A DNA stretch of 64,000 nucleotides. Source: Takakia lepidozioides (lineage: Eukaryota > Plantae > Bryophyta). The stretch spans positions 83,452,001-83,516,000 of the forward strand of contig CM060731.1 of NCBI GenBank assembly GCA_030704615.1, in the 5' to 3' direction. The notes under the pieces are model-generated. The model did not search any database. It was not told the origin of the DNA and worked only from the letters and a program-made list of their open reading frames with translations. A program made the translations under genes and the position numbers. Each line of letters starts with the position of its first letter. Positions within the stretch are counted from its first letter, which is position 1. This document shows, piece after piece, positions 11,278 to 22,790 of this stretch.

Positions 11278-12739
11278 TCAGAGGTGTTGGTAGAGTATTG
11301 TCCTGCCAGAGCGTCCTCCTCTTTGGTAGAGACCTCTTCCACGACCAGGGGTACCTCTTCCCCGAGTAGTACCGTTCTTGCCTTGTTGAGGAGGCATTTG
11401 CCCCTCCATACGATGCCGTTTGTAGCTATTGAATTGTGGCCTGGGAAGGCTGTCTGAAAAAGACCCAGGTTTCACGAGTTTCTCAATGTATCTGGCCCCC
11501 TTGGATTCTCCTAACTTCGCAAGCAGCTTGGCTTGTGGGTCATTTGAGAATTCACAGGCTGCTTCCATTATGAACCCTCGGGTCATCTGGAAGGTAATTT
11601 GTGCCAGTACAGCAGATCTGGCAGCCCGCATGATCCATACCAGAAAATTGTAATACTTGGTTTGCACCGAAGGATAGGCATCATCAGGGAAGAACACAAT
11701 CAGATTGTTCAGCATATACCAAACCATATGGTCAAACCAAGCAACACTCCCAATGCAAGAAGAGGGTGCCCCTCCTTGTCCATAGTTGCATCTTATGTAG
11801 GGGCGATGCCAATTGAAGAGTTGACTCTTATGGTTCTTGGATCTGGCTGAGCCAGTCGGCAAATCATTTTTGGTCCTCAAGGTAAGGTTCTCACCTTTGT
11901 CACAGAGCTTGTAGTAGAAGGTCCTTAGTGGCCACGCCACGGCAATAGGTTCCTTTTTTATTCTCTGAAGACCCTCCTTAGCATCCTGTGCACATCTACT
12001 GCGTTCAGCAGGAGTTATGTTGCCCCATTTGACCCACATTTCAATGGAAATGGGTGCCAATAGGTTGATATTAGCATGTGGATGCCACATCATATGATCG
12101 TTATTGGCAACCTCTAATTCAACTGCACGGGGAGGCAACCAAGGGACAAATTGCAAATTTCCAGGAGTGGCACCTATTGCTCTTTCTTGCTCCACTTGTG
12201 AGAGTTCTACTTGTTCACAGAATTCTCTCACTGCCTCTTTTTCTTCATCCGGTAAAATCATGTGCCCAAGGATTGGATGATTACTTACAGAAGGGATGAA
12301 GTCTTTTTTCAGAGGTGTTTGCAGATTTCTGCGTGGAGACAGTCTGGTCATCTTCCGGGTTCGCCATTCTAAGAGCTGCCTCAATGGCTGATCCCTTCTT
12401 TTCCCATTGTATCAGCTCCTCGGCATCATCTTCCAGTACCTCAATCATTTTAGTATTGAATTCCTGGAGCTTCTCCAGGTACCTGCCTTTCTTATTTGCC
12501 ATGATGCCAAGTGCAACCCAATTTTCCAAAGCCAAGGTCTCAAGTAGTAATACGGGATTTTCATCACCTGAATTTTCCAAGGCCTCAGTGTCCATCTTTT
12601 GCAATGTAGCATGGAAGTCACTTGGTGTGACTTGTGCGAGGGTTGCTTGTACAGCAGGAATTGGAGGAGGTAGAGGGGACTGATACCCCAGAGCTACGAG
12701 GTCCTCATTCCATCTAGGGTCTCCTTTGGTGACCTTCTG
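11278..12739 (-). pseudogene. ORF1-like protein upstream of the PLE RT (charged N-terminal part, RG-rich C-terminus), one frameshift near 12300-12380
   Basis: ORFs 11278-12384 and 12281-12739 overlap on the RT strand immediately upstream of the RT ORF. C-terminus reads RGRGTPGRGRGLYQRGGRSGR. Confidence 0.55.
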
Positions 12740-15461
12740 TCAAAGCCCCCCCGAAAAAACTTGTCAGTGCATCATAATGAGAAGGTGAAAAGGAGATGGG
12801 TAGATGATGTGTACAAATACCACTAAGTACATTGGTCAAATAAAGAGAGAGAAGATATACATGTCATGTCAAGACATGGACAAGACCACTAAGGTCATTG
12901 TCATTGAAAGACAAAGCAACCCTTTACAGGGCATCATCTAACAACCCCTTTTACCAACTCATTTGAACATCTTATAACTTTTCAGGGTATCTGAAAAAAC
13001 AGGGTGGGAGGGCGGGATTCCTGGTCATTCATATCCTGAAAGTCCCATAAGTTGACATAAAGCATTCATTTTTTGTTGTTGACACGGGTCAAGCCTTACA
13101 TAATCTAGTTCTTGAGCCATTCATCTTCCTAAAACAGCATCCTGTGTAGGCGTGAGACTGATCTGTCAGTGCCACGACACATGCAAGATTCATAAAGTAG
13201 AAGCGTGGCTGAGTTTTTTCAGGCATATGTAAGCCTGGATAGTTATTCCAGGACTTCAAGATCAAAACTCTGCCATAGTATAAGGTAGGAAGCGCACAAC
13301 ATCTACCAGCAAGCAGTTCTTGAAAACCAAAATACTGATGGGGCTAGGTCTGAAGGTGCTTCAGTGCCAAGTCATAAGCCAGATTTCTAACAAAACAAAA
13401 CATAGGGCTGAGTACCCTCAAGTAGATATGGGCCTGGAGTGGTATTCCAGGGCCTCATAACAAGCTCTGCTAGTTAAAGAAATGAACTCAGAAACCATTG
13501 TCCCCTATCATGCAATGAAATAGTGGTGATATAAGAGCCTTGAAGAATGTTTGTTATCACAAGGTCTATCTTCTGATCCATCAGAGCCAGGCCATGGTGT
13601 TTCATTTCAGAGCTTAGTTTCCATGCTGCCAGAGCTATAGCCGCAGCCATGTACCTTTGTTGAAAACAGCCAGAGCCTTCAACAGAGACTTTGTTTTCTA
13701 TGAAGTCCCTTGTGTGTCTTAACTCCAAAACATATAGAAGTGGTTATCAAGAACCAAAAACAGGGATAAGGAGTAAGAAGGTGATCCTCAATAGAGCAGA
13801 CTTGAAGCCGATTTGAGGCAGCAAGATGGCAGATTTGAAACAACAGTTGGTATCAGCAGCTTCAGGCGGTAGCAGCAATCCCTTATGCATGAATCAGACT
13901 CTGCAAGCTTCAATAATTCAAGACAAGTGAAGACCCTCACCTGTGCCCGTCCCAAAAACCACCATATAGAGATGTGTGTTAGTGAGGATGCATCAGGTGA
14001 GTGGCAGGTTTTCACAGTTGCTATCCATGTAAGTGTTGAATTCTAAAGCATGTACAAATCGTAATCCAAGCAAGGGTACACTAAAAAAAAACCTTGAGTG
14101 TTTGTGGTATGCCCTGCGCCATGGCGTCCAGTAGATGTCTCCAGCAGAACGTAATCAAAGTAGAAGTGTTCACAGATAGAGAGTAGCTCATACAGAAAGA
14201 GAGCAACATGTAATCTGTGGCTAAGTAGGGGTGGAGTACTTCCCAACGAGGAGTAAGAGCGCCGCTGCGAATTTAACAGAATCATAAATTTCTGAGCAGA
14301 GCGATCACTGCATTGTCGACTGCCAGAGAGGAATCTGTCTATCTGCCAATGCGCATCCCAAAAGCCAGCCATCACGAGTACCATGTAGCCGCAAGGGAGC
14401 AGGTTTACACGGCGCATCATCAAGGATCATAGAAGCACGAGTTCTGTGCTGTGAAATATGTCGGCCCGTTTAGGGCACAACTTCCCGATTTCTCATCCAG
14501 GATGGATGAAAAATCACATTTTAAAGAGATGCACTTTGTTAATGGATGATATCCCATGAAAAGGTATCTTAGGGTTACGGTATAGGCTTAGGTTTAGTAA
14601 CTGCCATCATTTATGATGGTACAAATTACTACCTCTTGGATTTTTAGAATAGGTCATCATTATTCATGTATTTCATCCAGTTTAGATGAAAGAAGCAAAT
14701 AGTAAGTATCAAGGCCAAATGAAATCCAAAAAGTTATAGAGGGAGAGGGAGAGAGGGAGAGAGAGAGAGAGAGACTGATGAATGGGATGGTTATGCCTTG
14801 TGTGACCGAGGATGATTTCAAGGCTGGGTGCACTGGATGCCTGGCTGAGTTGTGCATTGCATTGCATGGTAGATATGTTGCTGTTGACGAAGTGAGGAAC
14901 CTGTAGACCAAGATTAGAGAGGGAGAGAAAAGGATTTGGGAAGGGAGAGAGCTGCTCAGTAAAAGGGGTTGATGGGGGATGGCCAATTTGGGGAAATAAG
15001 ATGAAGAAAACATGAACCCTGAAAGAGACCAGTGGCCCTGCAGTTCATGGCAGATCTGAGCTGCCTCCCTCTAAATCTGTGTCACCATTACAAAAGGGGG
15101 CTTCCGACGTGTCACTGCTCAAGGGAGCTTCACATTAAGGGTCGTGTTCAGCGCTGTCATAGGGCTGGTTGCATCACAGAAAAGATCATGGCAGCACTGT
15201 TGGCGCTGTGATCATAGGGCAAGGATGTTGTATAAAAATAGAACCAAGACCAAGAACAATTCAAAACTCCCCATCCATGTCTTCTCTTCCGCTGCGGCGT
15301 GGATGAGGATTGCATGAACTCTGATCACGAACGAACTAAGGGAAATCCACAGCCATGTGAAGATGGTTGGATCACTAGAACGTTCCTTCCTTTTGCTTTG
15401 CCTTCAACTGAGGAGGAGTACAGATTAGAATCACCCAGAAGGGGATTCACGCCCCTTCTTT
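12738..15461 (+). repeat. 5' LTR region of Ty3 element 1 (left boundary uncertain)
   Basis: Ends ..GATTCACGCCCCTTCTTT directly before the PBS. Its distal part is homologous to the LTR of the 29673-40908 element. A TG at 12738 coincides with interruption of PLE ORF1. Confidence 0.6.
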
Positions 15462-15473
15462 TGGTATCAGAGC
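15462..15473 (+). promoter_or_regulatory. Primer-binding site, tRNA-iMet
   Basis: TGGTATCAGAGC. Confidence 0.9.
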
Positions 15474-15529
15474 TTCGTTAAATCGTGATATCTACTAGCT
15501 AGGGATCTTGATTTGTGTTGGATGGTTTG

Positions 15530-15841
15530 ATGGCAGGCAGAGACCATACACTGATTCCTGATGAACCAAGCATTGGAGATGTGCTGATTTGCTTCAGCCG
15601 ACGCTCACCAAATGCCTACGCAGACCCTTGTTTGTACTTCTTCAACCCTGCTTGGCGAATAGCTGATGGTGATTTATGTCTTAGAGTGATACATGCTGGT
15701 GGAAGAACAACCATAGTACTTTGGATAAGAGAGTTAGGAAGGTGGGAGAAGATAAATACCATGGCACGAGAAGTGACGTGGGGAGGTAAAGTAGAGATGT
15801 TGCGAAATGGACAGTGGGAGTGGTATAGAGGTCAGCATTAA
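15530..15841 (+). CDS. Small conserved 5' extra ORF (~103 aa) upstream of gag, unknown function
   Basis: Same length and frame as 38208-38519 in the related element, with several synonymous differences. Confidence 0.55.
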   Translation: MAGRDHTLIPDEPSIGDVLICFSRRSPNAYADPCLYFFNPAWRIADGDLCLRVIHAGGRTTIVLWIRELGRWEKINTMAREVTWGGKVEMLRNGQWEWYRGQH

Positions 15842-15913
15842 GGGTGTTGCAGAAAAATTAGAATCAGAATTAGGTGTTAAAACCAGTTTGAACTCAGACT
15901 AGAGAGTAGAAAA

Positions 15914-18900
15914 ATAACCAGTCCAACTAGCATAGATGTGCCTTATCATGGTAGGAATAGTGAAGATGTGAATGACTGGCTGGAAAGGATTCAGATGGAG
16001 GCAGATGTCAGAGATTTAAATGAGGATAAAACCTTCAAGGTAGCAAGGCTCAACCTGAGAGCCAAGGCTGATGAATGGTACCGTAAACAAAACCCTAGAC
16101 CAGGCAACTGGGAAGATTTCAGGGCAGCCATATCAGCCAAGTTTGGTGTCATTGACTTGGCAGAAATCAGGCTGAGGATGGATACCATCAAACAGGAAAA
16201 TAGACAAAGGGTTCAGACATACTTTGATAGGTTGAACCGGTTGTTTATAAGAAGTGGGGCGTCTGATTTGGAATAGAGGCGTAGATTTGCAGCAGGTTTG
16301 AGACCTGAAATAGCAAGAGTAATGCTGGGCAGGCGCTTCTCTGATGTAGAGGAAGCACTTGAGACAGCCATTGAGATTGAGAGGGGCCTGGGAAAGTTGG
16401 GGGAAATACCTCTAGAGCCATTGGAAGGAGATGATACAGATGAGTCAGTTGTGTTTGTCAACCCTGTGGACAGAAGACTTGATCAGCTAAACACTACCCT
16501 ACAGAAGTACTTTGATAGGGGACCAGTCATAGGAGAAAGCTCTGGATCTAGAACACCTCCTCGTGTTCGCCTTTGTAACGTTTGTCATAAAGAAGGTCAC
16601 ATAGCTACATATTGTCCTGAAGGAAGAACCCAAGCTAAGTGTGACAAATGTCACCGGTTTGGGCATTCCACGGAAATGTGTGGTGTGAGATGCAACTTTT
16701 GCAAGGTACTAGGGCATACAGAGAGTGAGTGCAGTAGAAAACTTGACCAGACTATGATGGGAACTCCTGGAACTAACTTTGTAGATGTGTTCTATGATGA
16801 TGAGGATGATGTACTCGCAGAAATGACAGATCTGATGTCACAAAACAGTATCAATGAAGTCAGACTTCCAAGGACGCGTATCCCTGTCCAGAGTCCTACT
16901 GTTGAACCTACAGAGTCACCAGAGAGGAATGGTGAGAGCAGTGAACAGCCAAGCAAGACCAAGAGTGAGATCTACCCAAAGAACAATTTCAAAGCTGCCA
17001 TAGAAGGAGGTACTAAATCCAGAATCCTGAACCACTTCTACAAGGGGAGAATATCCTTGTCTCCCATGGACCTAATCATGACTGTGCCCGGAGAGTTAGA
17101 CAAATTAAAGGGGCTGGTCAAAGTGGTGGAAAGGGCAATGGTACAACAAAAGGAGACAGCTCACAGTGTAGAAATTGTGAGGGATGTTCCAAGGCCTTTG
17201 TACTCAGCACACGCTGAGCCCACGATCTCGTATGCTTATACTGGTAAGGTTAAAGCGCTTCATGTAATGATTACAATGGGAGATTACCAAGTATTAGGCC
17301 AAATTGACACCGGTGCCATGCTTTCTGTAATATCCGCAAGTACAGTCAGGGATCTTGGTATGATGGGATCTGTTGTTACTGATAAGGATGTAAATTATAG
17401 AGTAGCCTCAGGTGCTCTTGAGACTGCAATGGGCAGACTTGAGGACATCAAGGTCAAAGTAGGAGAGCTGACCAATCGCTTGTCCTTTATGGTGGTAAAC
17501 ACGGATACGTATCACATGCTTTTGGGCTTGGACTTTCTCAAAAAGTTTGGCGCGGTAGTTGACACCGAAGCTGAAACGATTTGTGTACGCTATGGGCCAG
17601 GAAAGGATTTTGCTCACTTCCCTTTGCACACTATAAATTATAATGAGCCTGCAGTCACCAGAACAGCCTACCACAGAGGGGATGAGGGCAGAGTAAGGTA
17701 TGCAAGCACTACGTCAGCAGGAAATGTCTTGACCCTGACATCAGATGAACAGTACCTAGGTTTGTGGGAAGAAGAAAGAAAGCCCGAGGAAGAGTTTGTG
17801 GACACGGAGGAAGGATCTCCAGACTCTGACAGCTCTGAATTTGATAAAGATGAGGAGATGGGAGGATATGAGGAGAACGAAAAGGTAGATAGAGCCCTGA
17901 AGAATGTAGAGGAGATAATAGATAATGTCAACCTAGGGGAGGATTTGTTCGAAGACCAAGGGATGTCTGAACTCCTTCAGGAAGAGACCCATCGTAGCAT
18001 GGCTGCCTCTATCATACATGAAGCTTACCAGAAAGCTTGGAATGGTGAACTAGGGAACAACAACGTGGAAATAGAGGATGATTTCCATGATTGGAATCAG
18101 GTTGTGACTCAGGAAGAAAGGCAGAGGGTAGCTAACTCTGTACACCAGGTGGAGGGAAAGAGTTGGGAACCCAGCCATGAAGAAGAAATGGAGAGTCGTT
18201 GGAGAAGTCTGAAATCCAGACTTCACATCAATCCAGAGCTAGCCCTAGAACATAGGATAGAACTGGAGCAAGAGCTGAGAGAAAATCAGGAATGTTTTGC
18301 TCTTAGCAAAGCTGACTTGGGTTATTGCAGTGAGGTGGAACATACAATTGATACACAAGGTTTTCCCCCTTGCAGAAGTCGTCCCAGCCGCCTATCAGAG
18401 TGGGAGGAAAACGAGGTACAAAGACAGATTGAGACTTTGATCTCACAAGGTAAGATGCAGGAAAGTAGTTCAGAATGGTCATGTCCAGTCACCCTTCCAC
18501 CAAAAAAGGATGGATCCAAGTGTTTTTGTGGTGATTTCAGGCCGGTGAACCGCTTGACTAGCAGGGACTCTTACCCTATGCCATTAATTCAGGATGTTTT
18601 GAACCAGTTGGGGAAAGCCAAGTGGTTCTCTGCTCTGGATTTACAATCTGGTTTTTGGCATATTAAGATGGACGACCGAGATATAAGCAAAACAGCAGTA
18701 ATCACCAAGAAGGGATTGTATGAATGGCTGGTCATGCCATTTGGGCTAAAAAATGCCACTGCTACTTTCCAAAGAACAATGAATAGGGTGCTTAAGGAAG
18801 AAATTAAAGATTGCGCCAAGGTCTTTGTAGATGACGTCAATATCCATAGCAAGGACTGGGCAGATCACGTGGGGCACATAAAGAGAGTACTGATGAAGGT

Positions 18901-20369
18901 TAGAAGGGCCAATCTTAGGCTCAATCCGGACAAGTGTTATTTTGCCAATTTGCAGTTGGTATTCCTTGGGCATGTGATCTCTGAAGAAGGAACCTGGCCT
19001 GATCCAGATAAGATAGCTGCAATTGAAAGGTTTCCCTTGCCCAAAAACCACACTGCTCTCAAAAGTTATTTGGGGATGACAGGGTATTATAGGCCCTATG
19101 TCAAGGGGTATGCTGGAGTGGCAGTACCTTTGTTCACTCTAACCAAGAAGGATGTGAAGTTTATCTGGAGTGCAGAGGCACAAAACGCCCTTTCTGCCCT
19201 ACAAGTGAAGCTGGTGACTGCTCCCATTCTGGCCAGGCCAGATTTTTCAAGGCCTTTCGTCCTGGATGTTGACTGGTCCATCAAAGGAGTGGGGGCAGTC
19301 TTGTCACAAAAGGAGTATAAAAAGGAGAGGGTCATTGCATACGCTAGTAAGGTACTATCTGATGCTCAGCAAAAATATCACCCTATGGAAGGTGAATGCT
19401 ATGCCTTGGTGTGGGGAGTATTACACTTTAGGCAGTACCTGTATGGAACCCCTTTTGTAATCAGGACTGATCACAAACCACTGGAGTGGTTAGCAACGGT
19501 AAGTGACGCATATGGACGCAGGGGTAGATGGATCATGATGTTACAAGATTTTGAGTTTAAAATTGTTCATAGGGCGGGTGCTAGGCATGCTAACGTAGAT
19601 GCGCTAAGCAGGTATCCAGTGGGAGCAGCTGAGGAAACCGAGGAAATCGAGGTATACTCTACTTCTCTATACAGTCAGAAAAGGGAAGGGAGAAAGAGGG
19701 ATGGAGCCTATCTTCTTAGACTAGAGTGGGATAGGGGTGCCATCAATGCTTCTCTATTTCAATTTAAAGAGGGTAAGAAGGAGTTGAGAGAAGAAGCTCA
19801 TAGGCAAGTAGGGTATAGCAGTGAAAAGGGGGAGATGATTTGCAAGAGAGAGGAGTACTATGCATGTATATGGGGTCTTTGGTATTTCAAGAAGACACTG
19901 TTGGGATGTCATTTTTCTTTAGAAACAGATCTGGATCCATATTGGTGGCTATACTCAGAACACCACATAGGCATAGACTTGCTTGGTGACTTTTCATTTG
20001 AGTTCGTTCCTGGAATAGATAGATCTTCCACAGGTGGGATGTTGACCAAGGCTCATGGTATATTGAAAGGAGAACTAAAACCAGGTGTAATGCCAGATAG
20101 GGAAGGAAAGAAGGTGACTTTTGCTGCACGGACTTTTGCCACCAAGACCCAAGGAGAGGGCATTGATCAATCAACCCCTGTCAATCTGGTAAGGGAAGGT
20201 ATTTGGAAAGATGTGGGTGCAGGAAGGAAGGAGGTTCCTGCAATCAGCAACAAAGAAGGGGCAGATCTGATGTCCTCTTGTCCCACCATCCATGTGATTA
20301 CCCGAGGATCTCATGCTCGTGATCAGGAGCTAAGCAAGGTACGGCCAGCCTGTGAACTTGTGGAAGAAC
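15914..20369 (+). pseudogene. Ty3/Gypsy gag-pol (Gag, zinc knuckles, protease, RT, RNase H); integrase lost by nested insertion
   Basis: CNVCHKEGHIATYC knuckles, IDTGA, FVDD, DVDWS..GAVL. In-frame TAG at 16274-16276; start codon is ATA where the related element has ATG. Confidence 0.92.
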
Positions 20370-21307
20370 TGTCGCGGGGCTTTTACTCACCCATCCCTTC
20401 GCTATCCGAGGCGGAAACTCCAAGATAGAAGAGTTGGAAATCTCTAAGTACTCAGCCCGCTCAGAACAATCAGTCATGACCTACAGCTAGTGTATCATGG
20501 GGGTGTTTCCTATTTGTTTTCCTTTCCGCATTCATGTTAGCTAGCTACCTTACTATTGATAATTGAGTATCAATTTGCTCATCAACTCATCTATTCATTC
20601 CACAGCTTCACTCAGATCTCTCTACACAGTGCGATTGTATCGTATCAGTATCAGAATATGATTTATCAGGTATCAGGCCGAAGCCATTGTGTCTCTAATC
20701 TCCTCTACAATATCACTACAACTTTGCATATAACAAGCATTTACTAATCATCTCTCCTCCTTCCCCATGCTCTCCATGCTTGCTTTTGTTCTTGCTCTCC
20801 GCCCGATCCCCTCTCCTCCATGACCAAAAATTCTCCACTCGAGTGCTTCCAAGATTGATCCCCCCGTGCTCTCCATGCTTCTCCCTTTATCTTCCTACCC
20901 GTGGCTCTAACCGTTTTCCTCACTAACCGTCGTCCGTGAACTAACATGTTCCATTTGCAGGTGTTGTTTCCCCACAGTTGTTCCCTGTCCTGCTCTCCGT
21001 TCCCTATGGTCGTGACAGCTGTGTCAAGCTGTGACTGGCTGTGTGAAACTGTGACTGGCTGTGCGACTGTGTTTGGCTGTGTCGGGCTGTGACTGGCTGT
21101 GTGGCTGTGTCGGCTGTGACGACTGTGACGAGCTGTGTTGGTTGTGTCGGCTGTGACGGGCTGTGTTGGCTGTGATGGACTGTGTAACCCCCTTTTACAG
21201 TGTGCTGCTGTCACCCCTAAGGCTCCTGTTGATCTCAGTCTGTGCAAAAATTAAGGGTACCCTACAGATCCCGTAAAAATGTCTAAGTCCCTGGCAGTCC
21301 TCTAACA
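20370..21307 (-). repeat. 3' LTR (TGTTAG..GCGACA) of a second LTR element inserted into Ty3 element 1
   Basis: Homology with the other Ty3 pol breaks exactly at 20370. A polypurine tract GAGAGGGGAAGGGG precedes TG on the minus strand at ~21311-21324. Contains a GGCTGTG-type minisatellite at 21015-21190. Confidence 0.75.
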
Positions 21308-21346
21308 TTACCCCTTCCCCTCTCAAAAAGCCGTGTCCTCACGGTT

Positions 21347-22743
21347 TTACTGTTTGGGATTAGCAAACCTTTGTGAGTGAGCACCCTTCTGACGTTGAGA
21401 GTCTCGTGAAGGACTTTGTGTGCGAGCCCGAGGTCTGCCACTGGTTGACGGAGATGATTGAACACTACCTGGATATGTAAGGCCCTCTGGAGGCTGATAT
21501 CGAGGTAATCTTTCAGGCATAGGAGACCCCCGTCGCTTCTTTTCTTCCATCTGAATTGCATAGTCTTCTCCCATGTCAAAAGAATCCCTCGAAGAAACAG
21601 TTGTATCAGAATCCTCATCGCCTCTCAGGTGTTTTGGTTGTCGAACTTTTGGTGGAATCCTCTGGGGCATACAATGTTGTCCTACCATGTCTGGAAGTTT
21701 ATATTTTAAAACTTGGTATAAACGCTGAACTGCAAAATTGGTGAAGACACTGAGCTCCTTGTCTGTCCAGGTGAGTGGGGTACCAATGACTTGTGACTTG
21801 TTCAAGTATTTCCATGCCACATGTGCCTTAGAGAAAATATCATCAATGCCGAATTTCTGTGTTGACAAATTGTTCCAGGCTGCCTGAAACCATGAACGAA
21901 TTTGAGAATCGTTTTGCATCATAACTTTTGGCTCATATAGGTACATATGAGGTGGCACTGAAGGTAAGACCCAATGATCCCCACTGGAATAACTCAGAAA
22001 GCGCGCTTGCATCTTTTGCTGCTCAATGTGATAACGTACCAGAAAACAAGCAGGTAGTATAATCCACATCCCATGACAATACTCGCTACCTCCTTGGTCT
22101 TGGTATAAATGAATCCATGTACAACTTGGAAGGCAATTAATTCCCTCAACATTGTACCTGCCTCATGCCAGTATTGTGCAAAGTGATGATCTTCAATTGG
22201 TCGATTGTTCGGAAGAACTTTAGTCCTAGTTGCCACTGGCAGCCAAATACGCATGATTTGGTAGTAATGTGCGAATGACTGCAGAGGACTAAATTCTTTC
22301 CAAGCCAAATCCAACATGATGGGAATTTGGTTGAAGGGCAGAATCATAGCCCTACTGTACTCCCTTGCAGCTGGAGTTTTAGGTGGGTTAAAAGCAGCAT
22401 TGCCCCATACCTCAGACTGTGGTGGCTGTGGTGTAGTTGTAGTAACAACAGGGTCAGCTATTGGCACAGTGACTTGTTGTGATGTTGGTGGCACTGGCTC
22501 TTGTACCATTGGCATCTCCTGCACCTCCTGTGAAGAAGACTGAAAAGCTAAAGTTCTCGCTTTTAAATAAGAAGCCATTAGCTGTTCATCAGGTACACAG
22601 ACTCTCTTGTCGATATTTGAAGTGAGGTCCTCCACTTGAGTCTGCAGGCCGTCTATATCCTCCTGTAACTCTGCTATCCTACTATAGACATTGTCTATAG
22701 TAGTTGTGGCAATGTTCTGCACTTGCAGCCTGAGCTCATTCAT
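21347..22743 (-). pseudogene. Extra ORF2 of the LTR element (coiled-coil N-terminus, unknown domain), frameshifted near 22000-22070
   Basis: ORFs 21994-22743 and 21347-22069 overlap and run up to the PPT. Confidence 0.55.
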
Positions 22744-22790
22744 CTCGCTTTGAGCTTTTGTGGTGTTTTGCCCTCCACTGGCCCTTGTGC

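Larger units (their letters stand above)
556..12739 (-). mobile_element. Penelope-like retroelement (two ORFs, no recognisable GIY-YIG endonuclease), interrupted by MULE copy A; 5' end truncated
   Basis: PLE-type RT motifs are present. The reading frame rejoins across the MULE TSD (..RNPLTVK|EAKDEL..). The 3' end abuts a (CT)n tract. Confidence 0.75.
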
